This document shows, in pieces, positions 37,450 through 50,518 of a stretch of 64,000 nt of DNA. The stretch's first letter is position 1. Each line of letters begins with the position of its first letter. This DNA is from an uncultured Candidatus Saccharibacteria bacterium. Its GTDB lineage: Bacteria > Patescibacteriota > Saccharimonadia > Saccharimonadales > JAGQNJ01. The notes below the pieces were generated by a model. That model saw nothing but the letters and a program-made list of their open reading frames with translations. It searched no databases and was not told the DNA's origin. The stretch covers positions 15,176 through 79,175 of the forward strand of contig CAZBPY010000003.1 of assembly GCA_964493895.1 (NCBI GenBank), given 5' to 3'. Both the position numbers and the translations under genes were made by a program.

Positions 37450-38103
37450 ATGTTCGACACCCAAGCTTTAATTGCCAGCGGCGGGATCCTAATCGTAGCC
37501 GCTATTGTTTTTGCCGAATCGGGACTATTGATCGGCTTTTTCCTGCCCGGTGACACTTTGCTATTTAGTGCCGGACTATTAGCCGCCCAAGACGTAGTGT
37601 CTTTGCCGTGGTTATTATTATTCACCATACTAGCCGCCATCATCGGCGACAATGTTGGCTATTCAATCGGCCGGCGCACCGGACATCGGATCTTTAAGAA
37701 AGAGGACGGAATCCTATTTCACAAAGCCCATCTGGTCCGAGCCGAAAAATTTTACCATCAACACGGCGGCAAAACTGTCACCTTGGCGCGATTTGTACCA
37801 GTGGTCCGAACTTTTGCTCCGCTGGTAGCCGGCATCGGAAAAATGCCCCGCCAGCGATTTATGTTTTATAACATCATTGGTGCCTTTCTGTGGGGCGGTG
37901 GCGTTACTTTATTAGGTTATTGGCTGGGCAGCAAAATCCCAGGGCTCGACCACTACATCGAATACATCTTAATCGGCGTGATTGTTGTCAGCCTTAGCCT
38001 GTCCTTCTTGCACGTTCTGCGTGAGCCGCGGGCTCGAAAAGCCATGGTCGCCGGCATCAAGAGTCAGCTCAGTAAAATCGCTCTAAACAAAAAGGTCGAT
38101 TAA
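37450..38103 (+). CDS. DedA family membrane protein
   Basis: GLLIGFFLPGDTLLFSAGLLAA DedA/SNARE-associated motif. Confidence 0.8.
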   Translation: MFDTQALIASGGILIVAAIVFAESGLLIGFFLPGDTLLFSAGLLAAQDVVSLPWLLLFTILAAIIGDNVGYSIGRRTGHRIFKKEDGILFHKAHLVRAEKFYHQHGGKTVTLARFVPVVRTFAPLVAGIGKMPRQRFMFYNIIGAFLWGGGVTLLGYWLGSKIPGLDHYIEYILIGVIVVSLSLSFLHVLREPRARKAMVAGIKSQLSKIALNKKVD

Positions 38104-38489
38104 GCTTCTTTTAGAAATTTATTGGCGCCTTCGATCAGTAAGTGCGGCCTATAGCCATAGCTGCCGGCGGGGTTGATGTATTCTGCAGCCGGAGCATTGC
38201 TGCAAAACCTAGCCAATCTAAAGTCGGTTATTCTCATGGCATAATCTTGGGCTGTGTCTTCATCCATACCTACGCGGCGAAATCTTTCGACAGCCGTCTC
38301 ACGCAACGACAGCCGCTCACCTTCTGGTTGCATTTCACGCCCAAGACCAAGACAAAATAGCAACAAAGTGGCACCGGCCACAGCCTTTTCATCTGGAAAG
38401 CCAGGATTCTCAGCCGCCTGCGTGAAATATGAAGCCAGGGCGTTTTGGGCCGCCTCTAATTTTACTGAGTCAATCTCTCTATAGACCAT
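38100..38489 (-). CDS. Hypothetical protein (129 aa)
   Basis: ORF with coding-like composition, no motif recognised. Confidence 0.4.
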   Translation of the reverse strand: MVYREIDSVKLEAAQNALASYFTQAAENPGFPDEKAVAGATLLLFCLGLGREMQPEGERLSLRETAVERFRRVGMDEDTAQDYAMRITDFRLARFCSNAPAAEYINPAGSYGYRPHLLIEGANKFLKEA

Positions 38490-38496
38490 CTCTATA

Positions 38497-41307
38497 TTAT
38501 AACATACTTGACAAGTATTTTCCAGTGTAAGATTTTTTGTTTTGAGCGACTACCTCTGGTGTACCTTCGGCGATGATTTGACCACCGCCACTGCCGCCCT
38601 CCGGCCCCATGTCGATGATGTAATCGGCCGATTTTATGACGTCCAGGTTGTGCTCGATAACGATCATGCTGTTGCCATTGTCGACAAGAGCGTGCAGCAC
38701 GTTGAGCAGTTTATTGACATCATCCATATGCAGACCGGTGGTTGGCTCGTCCAGGATGTAGAGCGTGCGGCCAGTCGGCCGGCGCGATAACTCGGTCGCT
38801 AATTTAACTCGCTGAGCCTCGCCGCCGCTCAAAGTCGTGGCCGACTGGCCCAGAGCGATATAGCCCAACCCCACATCAACCAAGGTCTGCAGTTTACGGG
38901 CAATCGCCGGCTGGTTGGCAAAAAACTCTAGGGCCTGGTCACAGGTCATAGCCAAAACGTCAGCAATGGTCTTACCTTTATAGTGAATTTCCAGGGCTTC
39001 TTTGTTATAGCGCTGGCCGTGGCAGACTTCGCAAGCTACATAAACATCCGGCAAAAAGTGCATTTCAATCTTGATAATTCCGTCGCCGGCGCAGTTTTCA
39101 CAGCGGCCGCCTTTAACGTTAAAACTAAATCGGCCCGGGCTATAGCCGCGAATTTTTGATTCTGGAACCGAGGCAAATAACTCCCGAATTGGCGTAAATA
39201 GTCCAGTGTAAGTTGCCGGGTTGGAACGGGGTGTTCGACCGATTGGTGATTGATCAATGACGATCGCTTTATCCAAATTATCAATTCCTTCAATGTCGTC
39301 ATGCCGGCCAGGCACGCTGTTGGCTCGGTGCAACCGGGCGGACAATTCCTTGGCCAAGATATCGTTGATCAAGCTGGATTTGCCAGAGCCGGAGACGCCA
39401 CTGACTACTACCAATTCGCCGAGAGGTATAGTGACATCGATGCTTTGCAGGTTGTGCTCGCGGGCACCTTTAATGACCAGCATTTTGCCATTGCCGGATC
39501 GGCGTAGTTTGGGGGTTTTGACTTCCTTTTCACCACGCAAGTACTGCCCAGTTATACTTTTGGGATTTTTAGCCACGACTGTTGGCGAGCCTTCGGCCAC
39601 TATTCGGCCGCCGTGCACACCGGCACCCGGTCCAATATCCAAAAGATAATCAGCAGTTCGGATAGTCTCTTCGTCATGCTCAACCACAATCACGGTGTTG
39701 CCTAGGTCGCGCAGGTGCTTCAAAGTCTTAATCAGCCGAGAATTGTCGCGTTGATGAAGTCCGATCGACGGTTCATCCAAAACGTACAATACGCCCATCA
39801 GACCTGATCCAATCTGGGTAGCCAGCCGGATTCTTTGGGCTTCGCCGCCACTTAAAGTCGTGGCGCTGCGCGACAAAGTCAGATAATTCAGGCCGACTTC
39901 TTTCAAAAAGCCAATCCGGGCCTTAATCTCTTTTATGATTTGTGAGGCAATGTGCTGTTGTTTGTCAGTCAGCTTTAGCTTTTCAAAAAACTCCACGGCT
40001 TCATCGACCGAAAAGTCACAAATATCAATAATCGACAAGTCAGCTACAGTGATAGCCAGCACCTCTGGCTTGAGGCGCTTGCCCTGACAAGCATGACACG
40101 GCCGTTGCTGCATGAACCGCTCGATATCGCGGCGGATGAAGTCGGACTCGGTCTCTTTGTGCCGGCGCTCCAGATTTGGGATAACCCCTTCGTAGGTACT
40201 GTCAAAAGCTCGACCACTGCCCAAAGGCACACGGTAGGTTTGCTCACCGGTGCCGTACAGAATTTTGTCCAGATCTGCCTTACTTAGCTGGCCGGTCGGC
40301 ACGTGAATGCTAAAACCATGAGCCTCGGCCACAGCCGCCATTTTCTTCATATACCAAGCATCGGTGTTGATGCGGTTATAGGGGCGAATAGCGCCTTCGG
40401 CAATCGTCAAGCGGCCATTAGGAATCACCAACTCTGGATCAACTTCCATCCGCGAGCCCAATCCGGTACACACCGGGCATGCTCCAAAAGGTGAGTTGAA
40501 ACTAAATGTCCGCGGCTCTAATTCCGGAATCAAAACGTCCGGATGATCAATGCAAGCATACATCTGGCTGTACTGAGCATCGCTTTTGCTGTCAGCATTG
40601 TGAACTGTCAAGCGGCCATCGGTAATATCCAGAGCCTGCTCGATTGATTGAACCAACCGACCCCGGCTCTCCTCATTATTCACCAGACGATCAATGACGA
40701 TTTCAATGCTGTGCTTTTTGGCTTTATCTAACTGAGGAAACTCATCCAAAGCATAAACAACTCCATCGACTCGAGCCCGAGCAAAGCCGCCGCGCATGTA
40801 CTGTTCCGGAATGTGCTCGAAAGCGCCTTTTTTCTGGGTGACAACCGGTGCCAGGATTATCAACCGGGCACCTTTGGTCTGTTCAGTAACCTGTTTAACG
40901 ATGTCGGCTGCAGTTTGCCTGGAAACCACCTTGCCACAGACTGGGCAGTGCGGCGTGCCAATCCTGGCAAACAACAGCCGCAAGTAGTCATAAATTTCGG
41001 TCACCGTGGCCACCGTCGAACGCGGGTTGCGTGAAGTCGATTTCTGATCAATCGAAATAGCCGGGCTTAGGCCATCAATTTGATCAACATCAGGCTTTTC
41101 CATCAGCCCTAGAAACTGCCGAGCATAAGACGACAAACTTTCAACATAGCGGCGCTGGCCTTCGGCATAAATCGTATCAAACGCCAAACTAGACTTACCC
41201 GAACCACTCAGTCCAGTAATGACGATTAACTTCTCTCGGGGCAACTCAACCGAAATATCCTTCAGGTTGTGCTCGCGGGCACCTTTAACAACAATTTTCT
41301 CCGGCAT
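38497..41307 (-). CDS. uvrA: Excinuclease ABC subunit A
   Basis: Two ABC ATPase modules (GLSGSGKSSL / GVSGSGKSSL), zinc-finger insertions and LSGGEAQR signatures. Confidence 0.95.
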   Translation of the reverse strand: MPEKIVVKGAREHNLKDISVELPREKLIVITGLSGSGKSSLAFDTIYAEGQRRYVESLSSYARQFLGLMEKPDVDQIDGLSPAISIDQKSTSRNPRSTVATVTEIYDYLRLLFARIGTPHCPVCGKVVSRQTAADIVKQVTEQTKGARLIILAPVVTQKKGAFEHIPEQYMRGGFARARVDGVVYALDEFPQLDKAKKHSIEIVIDRLVNNEESRGRLVQSIEQALDITDGRLTVHNADSKSDAQYSQMYACIDHPDVLIPELEPRTFSFNSPFGACPVCTGLGSRMEVDPELVIPNGRLTIAEGAIRPYNRINTDAWYMKKMAAVAEAHGFSIHVPTGQLSKADLDKILYGTGEQTYRVPLGSGRAFDSTYEGVIPNLERRHKETESDFIRRDIERFMQQRPCHACQGKRLKPEVLAITVADLSIIDICDFSVDEAVEFFEKLKLTDKQQHIASQIIKEIKARIGFLKEVGLNYLTLSRSATTLSGGEAQRIRLATQIGSGLMGVLYVLDEPSIGLHQRDNSRLIKTLKHLRDLGNTVIVVEHDEETIRTADYLLDIGPGAGVHGGRIVAEGSPTVVAKNPKSITGQYLRGEKEVKTPKLRRSGNGKMLVIKGAREHNLQSIDVTIPLGELVVVSGVSGSGKSSLINDILAKELSARLHRANSVPGRHDDIEGIDNLDKAIVIDQSPIGRTPRSNPATYTGLFTPIRELFASVPESKIRGYSPGRFSFNVKGGRCENCAGDGIIKIEMHFLPDVYVACEVCHGQRYNKEALEIHYKGKTIADVLAMTCDQALEFFANQPAIARKLQTLVDVGLGYIALGQSATTLSGGEAQRVKLATELSRRPTGRTLYILDEPTTGLHMDDVNKLLNVLHALVDNGNSMIVIEHNLDVIKSADYIIDMGPEGGSGGGQIIAEGTPEVVAQNKKSYTGKYLSSML

Positions 41308-41385
41308 ACGTCAGCGGATTGTATCAAAAAATCGGCATTTTTTCCACTCCCTGCGTTAGAGCCAAGACTATGAGACAATAGCCTT

Positions 41386-41790
41386 ATGCGTCTAATCAAG
41401 GTAATCCTGACTGATATCGCCGGTGTTGGACTGATAATATTGTCAGCTTTAACCGGTTGGATACCCGGCCCGGGTGGGATTCCGCTATTCCTAGCTGGAC
41501 TGGGCCTGCTGGCCATTAATCATAAATGGGCGCACCGCTTGCTGGACGAAGTTAAAAAACACGGCCTGAAAATTGCCGAAAAGTTTTTCCGAGAGCATCC
41601 AGCCATAATGGCTGTCTATGACGTTTTTTCTCTAGCGTTAGTAGCTGCCGGAATCTTCATATCTATCAAAGTGCAAAGCAATCTTCGATTTTCGGCTATC
41701 TCGGTGATTATTATAGGTATTGGTTTATTCCTTGGTAATCGTCGTCGCCTGAGAAGAATTACCAGTTACTTCAAGGGCCAAAACAAGTAG
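41386..41790 (+). CDS. PGPGW-motif transmembrane protein
   Basis: WIPGPGGIPLFLAGLGLLA matches the PGPGW family. Confidence 0.55.
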   Translation: MRLIKVILTDIAGVGLIILSALTGWIPGPGGIPLFLAGLGLLAINHKWAHRLLDEVKKHGLKIAEKFFREHPAIMAVYDVFSLALVAAGIFISIKVQSNLRFSAISVIIIGIGLFLGNRRRLRRITSYFKGQNK

Positions 41791-41855
41791 ATAAAAAGCT
41801 TAAGCATGAATAGTACTTAGTTGATTTTTACGCAACTTGGTGTAGAATTAAATCA

Positions 41856-42027
41856 ATGTTGGAATTGATTGTGTTGGGTCAAATTCCTGGGACTCAACTA
41901 AGAATTACTATCGCCTGGTTTGTGTTTGCTCTGCTTGGAGTGCTGATTTGGGCTGATCTTAAATTTCACGCCAGTCAAAATACCAAAGCTGCGCTGGATA
42001 AGACCAGGCAACGTCTTCACCAATTGG

Positions 42028-42047
<20 letters not shown>
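41856..42047 (+). CDS. Hypothetical small membrane protein (63 aa)
   Basis: One or two TM segments. Weak. Confidence 0.3.
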
Positions 42048-44770
<2,723 letters not shown>

Positions 44771-44793
44771 CTAGCTGGCTCTTGTAGGTGACT

Positions 44794-45843
44794 CTAGTAA
44801 ATGTAGCTGTAGGCGGCAGCCTGAGCAGCTGATAGAGTCTTGTGCGAAACAACTCCCCAACCGACAACGTTCATTTCTGAAACATTAACACTGCCGTCGG
44901 AGTTAACCGATTCAACATAACCGACGTGACCGTAATAGTCGCGGGGTGGCGTCCAGATGACTGCGCCAGCTCTAGGGACGTTACCGACAGAGAAACCAGC
45001 CCTTTGAGCCAATACCTTCCATGTGGAAGCGTTACCCAGGTTATTAGGCAAGTCTGGACGACGGTTTTTGACATACCATGTACAATAGCCGTAGTCATAG
45101 CCATTGCCGCCATAAATCGCGCCATTACCCCAGGCAAAACCACCAGAGGTAGCCACGTTAGAAAGGCTTGGGTTACTGATAGCTCGACTAGCCGGTTGAG
45201 CTCCAGGCAAGACAATGTATTCTCCGACTGGCAGATTACCGCTTTCAACGTCGTTAAAAGCAACAACTTGGTCGCGGTTAGCCTGATATTTACTTAAAAT
45301 GCTGTCGATGGTATCACTAGCGGCCACCTTGTAAACAATACCGTTAATAGGTGAAATGACCAGTACTTGGCCAGGGGTCAAAGAGTCACCGCTCAAATTG
45401 TTTGACCAACGAATGGTATCAGAGGTCACACCGAATTTAGCTGCTACTGACGAGACGTCATCGCCAGCTTGAACAGTATAATTTTGGATATCAGCCCGTG
45501 ATTTTAGAGCTGTAGCAATAATCTGCGGCCGAGCCGTTACCACGTTATCAGACGGTGCAAAGTTCAGCTGAGCATTAACTGTATCGGCTTGGTTGGCTAC
45601 GGCCCTCTTTTCAGGCAAGTCGGCTACCCACGCCACATTGACGGCAATGTCAGCCGAGGAAATAGCGTCTAACGGATTGACTATCTCGTCAGCCACATCG
45701 CTAGTCGCTAGGCTATTAGCCTGGGCAGTGTTGGTAGTTTGCGGCTTTTGAGCTACAAAGGCCACCACGACCATCAACAGAATAGCGTTACCGACTAACA
45801 GAGAGTAGCGAATCGTTTTGCCGCGATTCTTTTTACTAAACAT
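44794..45843 (-). CDS. Peptidoglycan hydrolase with two LysM domains and a C-terminal CHAP domain
   Basis: N-terminal TM anchor. LysM repeats (YTVQAGDDVSSVAAKFGV, YKVAASDTIDSILSKY). CHAP Cys (CTWYV) and His (YGHVGYVE). Confidence 0.8.
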   Translation of the reverse strand: MFSKKNRGKTIRYSLLVGNAILLMVVVAFVAQKPQTTNTAQANSLATSDVADEIVNPLDAISSADIAVNVAWVADLPEKRAVANQADTVNAQLNFAPSDNVVTARPQIIATALKSRADIQNYTVQAGDDVSSVAAKFGVTSDTIRWSNNLSGDSLTPGQVLVISPINGIVYKVAASDTIDSILSKYQANRDQVVAFNDVESGNLPVGEYIVLPGAQPASRAISNPSLSNVATSGGFAWGNGAIYGGNGYDYGYCTWYVKNRRPDLPNNLGNASTWKVLAQRAGFSVGNVPRAGAVIWTPPRDYYGHVGYVESVNSDGSVNVSEMNVVGWGVVSHKTLSAAQAAAYSYIY

Positions 45844-46074
45844 TCGTCGATACCAACGCTTGCGCTTGATATCTGATTCTAGATTACCCAGACGGGTGGA
45901 AACTTCTTGACTTAGAACTTCAGTGGTACGAATACCAGCCTCCGTTTACATTGTTTGCAACTCTGACCTCTGTTGTAACAGATAGGAAAGCGTCAAAATT
46001 GCAAGCTTAATTATAGCACATTTGAGCTTATGTAAATAGGCTTTTTTAGCTTCTTTTTACCCCTGTTAAATAAG

Positions 46075-47112
46075 CTAATTACAGAGAGTTTTACAATATT
46101 TTTTAGTATTTTGCTCGTGTTCTTCCTGGGTATGGGCAAAATGGGTCGTGCCATCATCACCTGACACAAAGTATAGGTAATCTGTTGGAGCTGGATTGAT
46201 AACAGCGTTCAGTGCTGAAATCTCGATATTGCTAATTGGTCCCGGCGGTAAGCCATTGTTAAAATAGGTATTATAAGGTGAATCAAAGGTCAATGACGGC
46301 GGCTGACCGGCTAAGATTGCTCCGTAGCCAGAGGTGGCATCTGATTGGAGGCGCATGCCTTCCCGCAAGCGACGCAAGAACACCTGGGCCACAATCGGCC
46401 GGTCAGCCGCCCGGGCCACCTCTTGCTCTACCATAGAAGCCAGGATTATACCCTGGTGTACAGTCAATCCCTGAGCCACAATCGCCGCCCGTACCTCTGG
46501 GGTAAGGCGTTTTTGCATCTCATCCAAACTTGATTTGATAATACTGTGCGGATTGGTGTTAGCCGTTTTTTGGAAGCTCTCAGGGTAAAGATAGCCCTCC
46601 AGGCTGGCTCCAGCCGGTTTGTCGACCAGGGCAGGATGGCCTTCGTACTGGGTTGGCTCTAGGGCAGCATGAACTTCTTCGGGGTCAAAACCACTGTTAA
46701 TCAGGGCTGCGCTGACCTGATCTAGCCGCGTTCCAGGTACAATTGTCACCAGATCAATCGTCACGTCACCTCTTGCCAGTATCTCGACAATCTCTGGCAC
46801 AGATTGGCTGGGCCTTAAGGCATAGGTCCCCGCCTTCAGATCTTCGCGCAAACTCTGGTTTTTAACATACCAATCAAAAGCCCACGATTCCCGGATAAGT
46901 CCTTGTTCCTTTAAATCACGGCCGATTTCCTGGACTGTGGCACCGCTTGGCACCTCAACAACGACAATATTTTGCGAGTTGCTAACCGGTTCTAAAGCCC
47001 GGTCATACATGACACGCACTAAAATGGCCGTGGACAGCACTAACACCACCGCTACAGATACCAGTACGGTTATTTTCTTGGCTTTACTGGTCATATTCGA
47101 CCACCACTTCAT
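46075..47112 (-). CDS. mltG: Endolytic murein transglycosylase MltG (YceG-like)
   Basis: N-terminal TM segment and YceG domain. Position after ruvX is conserved. Confidence 0.8.
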   Translation of the reverse strand: MKWWSNMTSKAKKITVLVSVAVVLVLSTAILVRVMYDRALEPVSNSQNIVVVEVPSGATVQEIGRDLKEQGLIRESWAFDWYVKNQSLREDLKAGTYALRPSQSVPEIVEILARGDVTIDLVTIVPGTRLDQVSAALINSGFDPEEVHAALEPTQYEGHPALVDKPAGASLEGYLYPESFQKTANTNPHSIIKSSLDEMQKRLTPEVRAAIVAQGLTVHQGIILASMVEQEVARAADRPIVAQVFLRRLREGMRLQSDATSGYGAILAGQPPSLTFDSPYNTYFNNGLPPGPISNIEISALNAVINPAPTDYLYFVSGDDGTTHFAHTQEEHEQNTKKYCKTLCN

Positions 47113-47522
47113 AAATGCTCCTCAATATAATCTTGCAGTATTAGTGTAGCAGCTTCAGCATCAATCGCCTCCTTAGGATAAGCATCCCCCCGCCGGCGCA
47201 AGACAGTCTCGGCTTTAATAGAACTTTCGGCTTCATCGTGGAAGACAAACTCTACCGGCACTTCTTTTTGCAAACGGTTAACAAAATCACGAACAAATTT
47301 GGTCTGCTCAGTATCTTCTAAATTCTGATTTTGCGGCAAGCCGACAACCACAGTTCTAGCTTTTTCGTCCTCTATAATTTCTTTCAGGGTATCGACCACC
47401 GTATCGTCATTTGTCACAGTTTTAAGCGGCTCGGCAATTTTAGCAATCACATTTGCCCTAGCCACGCCAATGCGCACAGCTCCAACATCAAGGCAAATCA
47501 AAGATTCATCGACAGCATTCAT
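47109..47522 (-). CDS. ruvX: Holliday-junction-resolvase-like nuclease RuvX/YqgF
   Basis: LDVGAVRIGVA RNase H-like motif. alaS-ruvX-mltG synteny. Confidence 0.85.
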   Translation of the reverse strand: MNAVDESLICLDVGAVRIGVARANVIAKIAEPLKTVTNDDTVVDTLKEIIEDEKARTVVVGLPQNQNLEDTEQTKFVRDFVNRLQKEVPVEFVFHDEAESSIKAETVLRRRGDAYPKEAIDAEAATLILQDYIEEHL

Positions 47523-47526
47523 AAGC

Positions 47527-49164
47527 TTAGTTTGCCGAATTAAATTCGACGGTTATTTTCTTGGTAGCCTTCGGTGTGCGCGACACCCAGAAGGGACTGT
47601 AGTCGACCTCGACACTTTTTACCCCCGGCAAACTCCGGACGGCATTTTCAGTCTCACCGCGTTTTTTGCCGCGGATTTCTTCTTTGAGAGTATCTATATC
47701 GATGTCCGGACCGACTTCTGCTTTGGTGCTGACCTCAATGACAGTGTCACCATTCTCGGCCACTGATTTCACAGTAAAGGTAGCCTGGTCTAGTCCATCC
47801 TCCTGAACCATCTGTCGCTCAATATCGATTTCATCTTTGAGACTTTGTTCAACCAACTTCTTTAGATCATCACGTTCAATACCAAGCATGGTGTAATCCG
47901 CCGAATAAGTCACCTTAACCTCGTTGCCTTCTTGATCGACGCCTGGACTCGGAGTAGTTGATTCGTTGGATTTTTTAAATGAACTTTGGATAACGAAAAA
48001 TTTATCTTTCTCTAGCTGATCTTGAAGATTTTTCTTGACCACGTCGTCTTTGGCAGCAATTTTGGCTTTGGCCGTTTCAACATCCTGAGCCGTTACCACC
48101 CGAGCTATTTTGCTGCTACCGCCCTTCATTTGACCGCCGCGGCCGCTGACATTGCTATACCCAGAGACGGTGTAATTGGCCGGACCAATATTATATTGAT
48201 CGCCATTATTTTGAGCATTAACTACAGTTGTTCCAGTAAAGCTACAGCCGCCATTGAAGTTTGGCGTTGTTAACGAGGCCGAACTTTGGGTTATGAAAGT
48301 CAAACCATTAGTACTTACCCCAGTTCCTGCCGGAATAGTCGGCGGCGAACCGCTGACTGCTGAGCAAGGAATTGATAGGGTCATATTGCCGCTGGCTTTG
48401 GTGCCAAGATCTTTTTGGCCAGTCGCCGGCGCCGTCTGGGTTTCGTCAACTTTTTCAGTCACTAATTTGGCTGGCACCACTTTGGCTGACTCATCTAACT
48501 GGGATGAGGCCGGGCTAGCTATAAACTCAAAACTGGTATCGACAGATTCGGTGTCAGTTTCGATGGCAATTGTAGCCTTTGGTAAGACAACCACAGCCAA
48601 GATAAATAACAAGACTGCCCCAGCTACAGCACCAATAATCAACAGGATTTTTTTGCGGAACTGTTCAAAGTTAGGAATTTTTGGACTTTTGCCCTTGCCT
48701 GGTTTCTTAGACTTGGACTTCGGTGTTTTAGCCGAGCTACCTTTTAAAGCCGCTGAGGCCGCTGCAGCGTCAGTTTCCTCTTCCATGTCAATGTCATCTT
48801 CGGTCTTGGCGGCCGGGGTGGTTTCTGGCTCGAGATGAGCCTCTAACTCCTCGTCGTCGACCACCTTCTTATCGGGAGCCGCCGGAATCTCCGGCTTGGA
48901 GTTCAGGTTCTTGGCCACATGCAAACCGGTTGCGCCGGCCAAAGGCAGCAAGCCTTTCTCAGATGTAATTAGAACCGGACTTTTACCAGCCTCGTCAGCA
49001 GCCCGTTTTAAAAGCTTCATATTGACAATGCTCTGCAATGCTGCGGTTCTCTTAGGCAAGACTAAAGCCACAATCTTGGAATCGCTCTTAGACAGCTTGT
49101 CAATAACGGCGGTGATTTCGTCGTCTATATCAATGTAGATGGTGTCTTTTTTCTCAGCAGCCAT
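47527..49164 (-). CDS. Hypothetical membrane protein: cytoplasmic N-domain, acidic/Pro linker, one TM segment, large extracytoplasmic domain
   Basis: TM segment ILLIIGAVAGAVLLFILAVVVL near residue 180. Lies immediately downstream of the ftsA-like gene. Confidence 0.55.
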   Translation of the reverse strand: MAAEKKDTIYIDIDDEITAVIDKLSKSDSKIVALVLPKRTAALQSIVNMKLLKRAADEAGKSPVLITSEKGLLPLAGATGLHVAKNLNSKPEIPAAPDKKVVDDEELEAHLEPETTPAAKTEDDIDMEEETDAAAASAALKGSSAKTPKSKSKKPGKGKSPKIPNFEQFRKKILLIIGAVAGAVLLFILAVVVLPKATIAIETDTESVDTSFEFIASPASSQLDESAKVVPAKLVTEKVDETQTAPATGQKDLGTKASGNMTLSIPCSAVSGSPPTIPAGTGVSTNGLTFITQSSASLTTPNFNGGCSFTGTTVVNAQNNGDQYNIGPANYTVSGYSNVSGRGGQMKGGSSKIARVVTAQDVETAKAKIAAKDDVVKKNLQDQLEKDKFFVIQSSFKKSNESTTPSPGVDQEGNEVKVTYSADYTMLGIERDDLKKLVEQSLKDEIDIERQMVQEDGLDQATFTVKSVAENGDTVIEVSTKAEVGPDIDIDTLKEEIRGKKRGETENAVRSLPGVKSVEVDYSPFWVSRTPKATKKITVEFNSAN

Positions 49165-49183
49165 AATAAACCTATTTTTCAGT

Positions 49184-50476
49184 TTACACTTTCAAAATTC
49201 TATCCAGTCGTTCGCGTATCGAACCGCTTGGGGCATTGAGTTCTTGCTGAAGCGTATCAAGACCAACACGGAGAAGACCCATAGCGGTAATAAAGGTATG
49301 GTCGCTAACATCGCCGGTTTTGTCAACAATACCGACCACTTGACCGGGCTTGATGTGATGAACCTGCGGCTTTTTGGTGAATGGTAAACTTCGGTACCAG
49401 TCAGTGGAGTTGAGTTCATGCATCAGCATTTCAAGTGACGAGCCGCCTCCGCACAGCAGTAGTTTCTGCGGTAAATGATCCAGTTGGTCAAATTCGCTCA
49501 GGGCCAATTCAACACCGCTCATCCAAACATCCAAGGTCTTTTCTAAAGCTCTGGTGACATCCTTGTTTTCTTTGACCGGATGAGCTCCGTCCGACAGCGC
49601 CGTTTTTAGTTGTTCAGCCTTGTCAAACGGTATGTCTAGCTCCCTTTCGATAGAGCGGGTGTAAGCCCGGCCGCCAATGCCAAACATCTTTGTTCCCTGG
49701 ACTCCGCCGTCGTTGATAACGGCAATATCGGTGGTGCCGCCACCGACATCCATCAAGATTGCGCTCATGTTGGCATTGCCGTCATCGCCAATAACTGATC
49801 GGGCCACAGCAAATGGCTCGGCAGCCACCGCCAGCAAATCCAGGTCCAATTCCTGGGCAGCCCGTTCCAGTGCCCCAATATGCACCAACGGCGCAAAAGC
49901 TGTGTATAGCTGAACCACCACATCTTTACCCTGAAAACCAAGCGGATTGGTCACCTTATAGCCGTCAATCTCAATGCCAACTAGAGCGCTGTTGACCAGG
50001 CGAATCTCAACCTCTTTGCCGCCCATTTCCCAGGCCAGCTGATTTCGGGCTTTTTCTTCGGCCCGACTTTGAACAACTTTGATGATTTGCTCAACTTCGG
50101 CGATGTCCAGAGGTTTTTCAGCATCGGCGCGTTTGACACGGACAGTGGTTGTAGTGCCTTTGACCAGTTCGCCAGCGATGCCGATAACAGCTGTTCTGGC
50201 GCTGATTCCAGCCTGCTCCTCGGCCTCAGCCAAAGCTTTGTCACAATTAGCCACCACCCCTGAAATATCGGCAATGGCTCCGGCTTGCATATCACCTAAA
50301 CTCTGATGAGCCCGGCCAACGCCAATAACCTCAACGCCCTTATCTGTTATACGGGCAATCAGAGCCTTCACAAATTCGGTACCAACATCCAAAGCCACCA
50401 AATAGCGGTCCGAACTAACCTTTGTCGGCGCCTTATCGGTAGCTGCCTGTTTCAGCTTCTTTATTTTCTCAAGCAT
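49184..50476 (-). CDS. ftsA: Actin-like ATPase of the FtsA/PilM family (cell division protein FtsA-like)
   Basis: LDVGTEFVK phosphate-1, DVGGGTTDIAV phosphate-2 and an AEQLK adenosine-like motif. Length 430 aa fits FtsA better than PilM. Confidence 0.6.
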   Translation of the reverse strand: MLEKIKKLKQAATDKAPTKVSSDRYLVALDVGTEFVKALIARITDKGVEVIGVGRAHQSLGDMQAGAIADISGVVANCDKALAEAEEQAGISARTAVIGIAGELVKGTTTTVRVKRADAEKPLDIAEVEQIIKVVQSRAEEKARNQLAWEMGGKEVEIRLVNSALVGIEIDGYKVTNPLGFQGKDVVVQLYTAFAPLVHIGALERAAQELDLDLLAVAAEPFAVARSVIGDDGNANMSAILMDVGGGTTDIAVINDGGVQGTKMFGIGGRAYTRSIERELDIPFDKAEQLKTALSDGAHPVKENKDVTRALEKTLDVWMSGVELALSEFDQLDHLPQKLLLCGGGSSLEMLMHELNSTDWYRSLPFTKKPQVHHIKPGQVVGIVDKTGDVSDHTFITAMGLLRVGLDTLQQELNAPSGSIRERLDRILKV

Positions 50477-50518
50477 AATTATCTCTGGTAATTATAGCAT
50501 GAGCGTAAACAGTTACGG

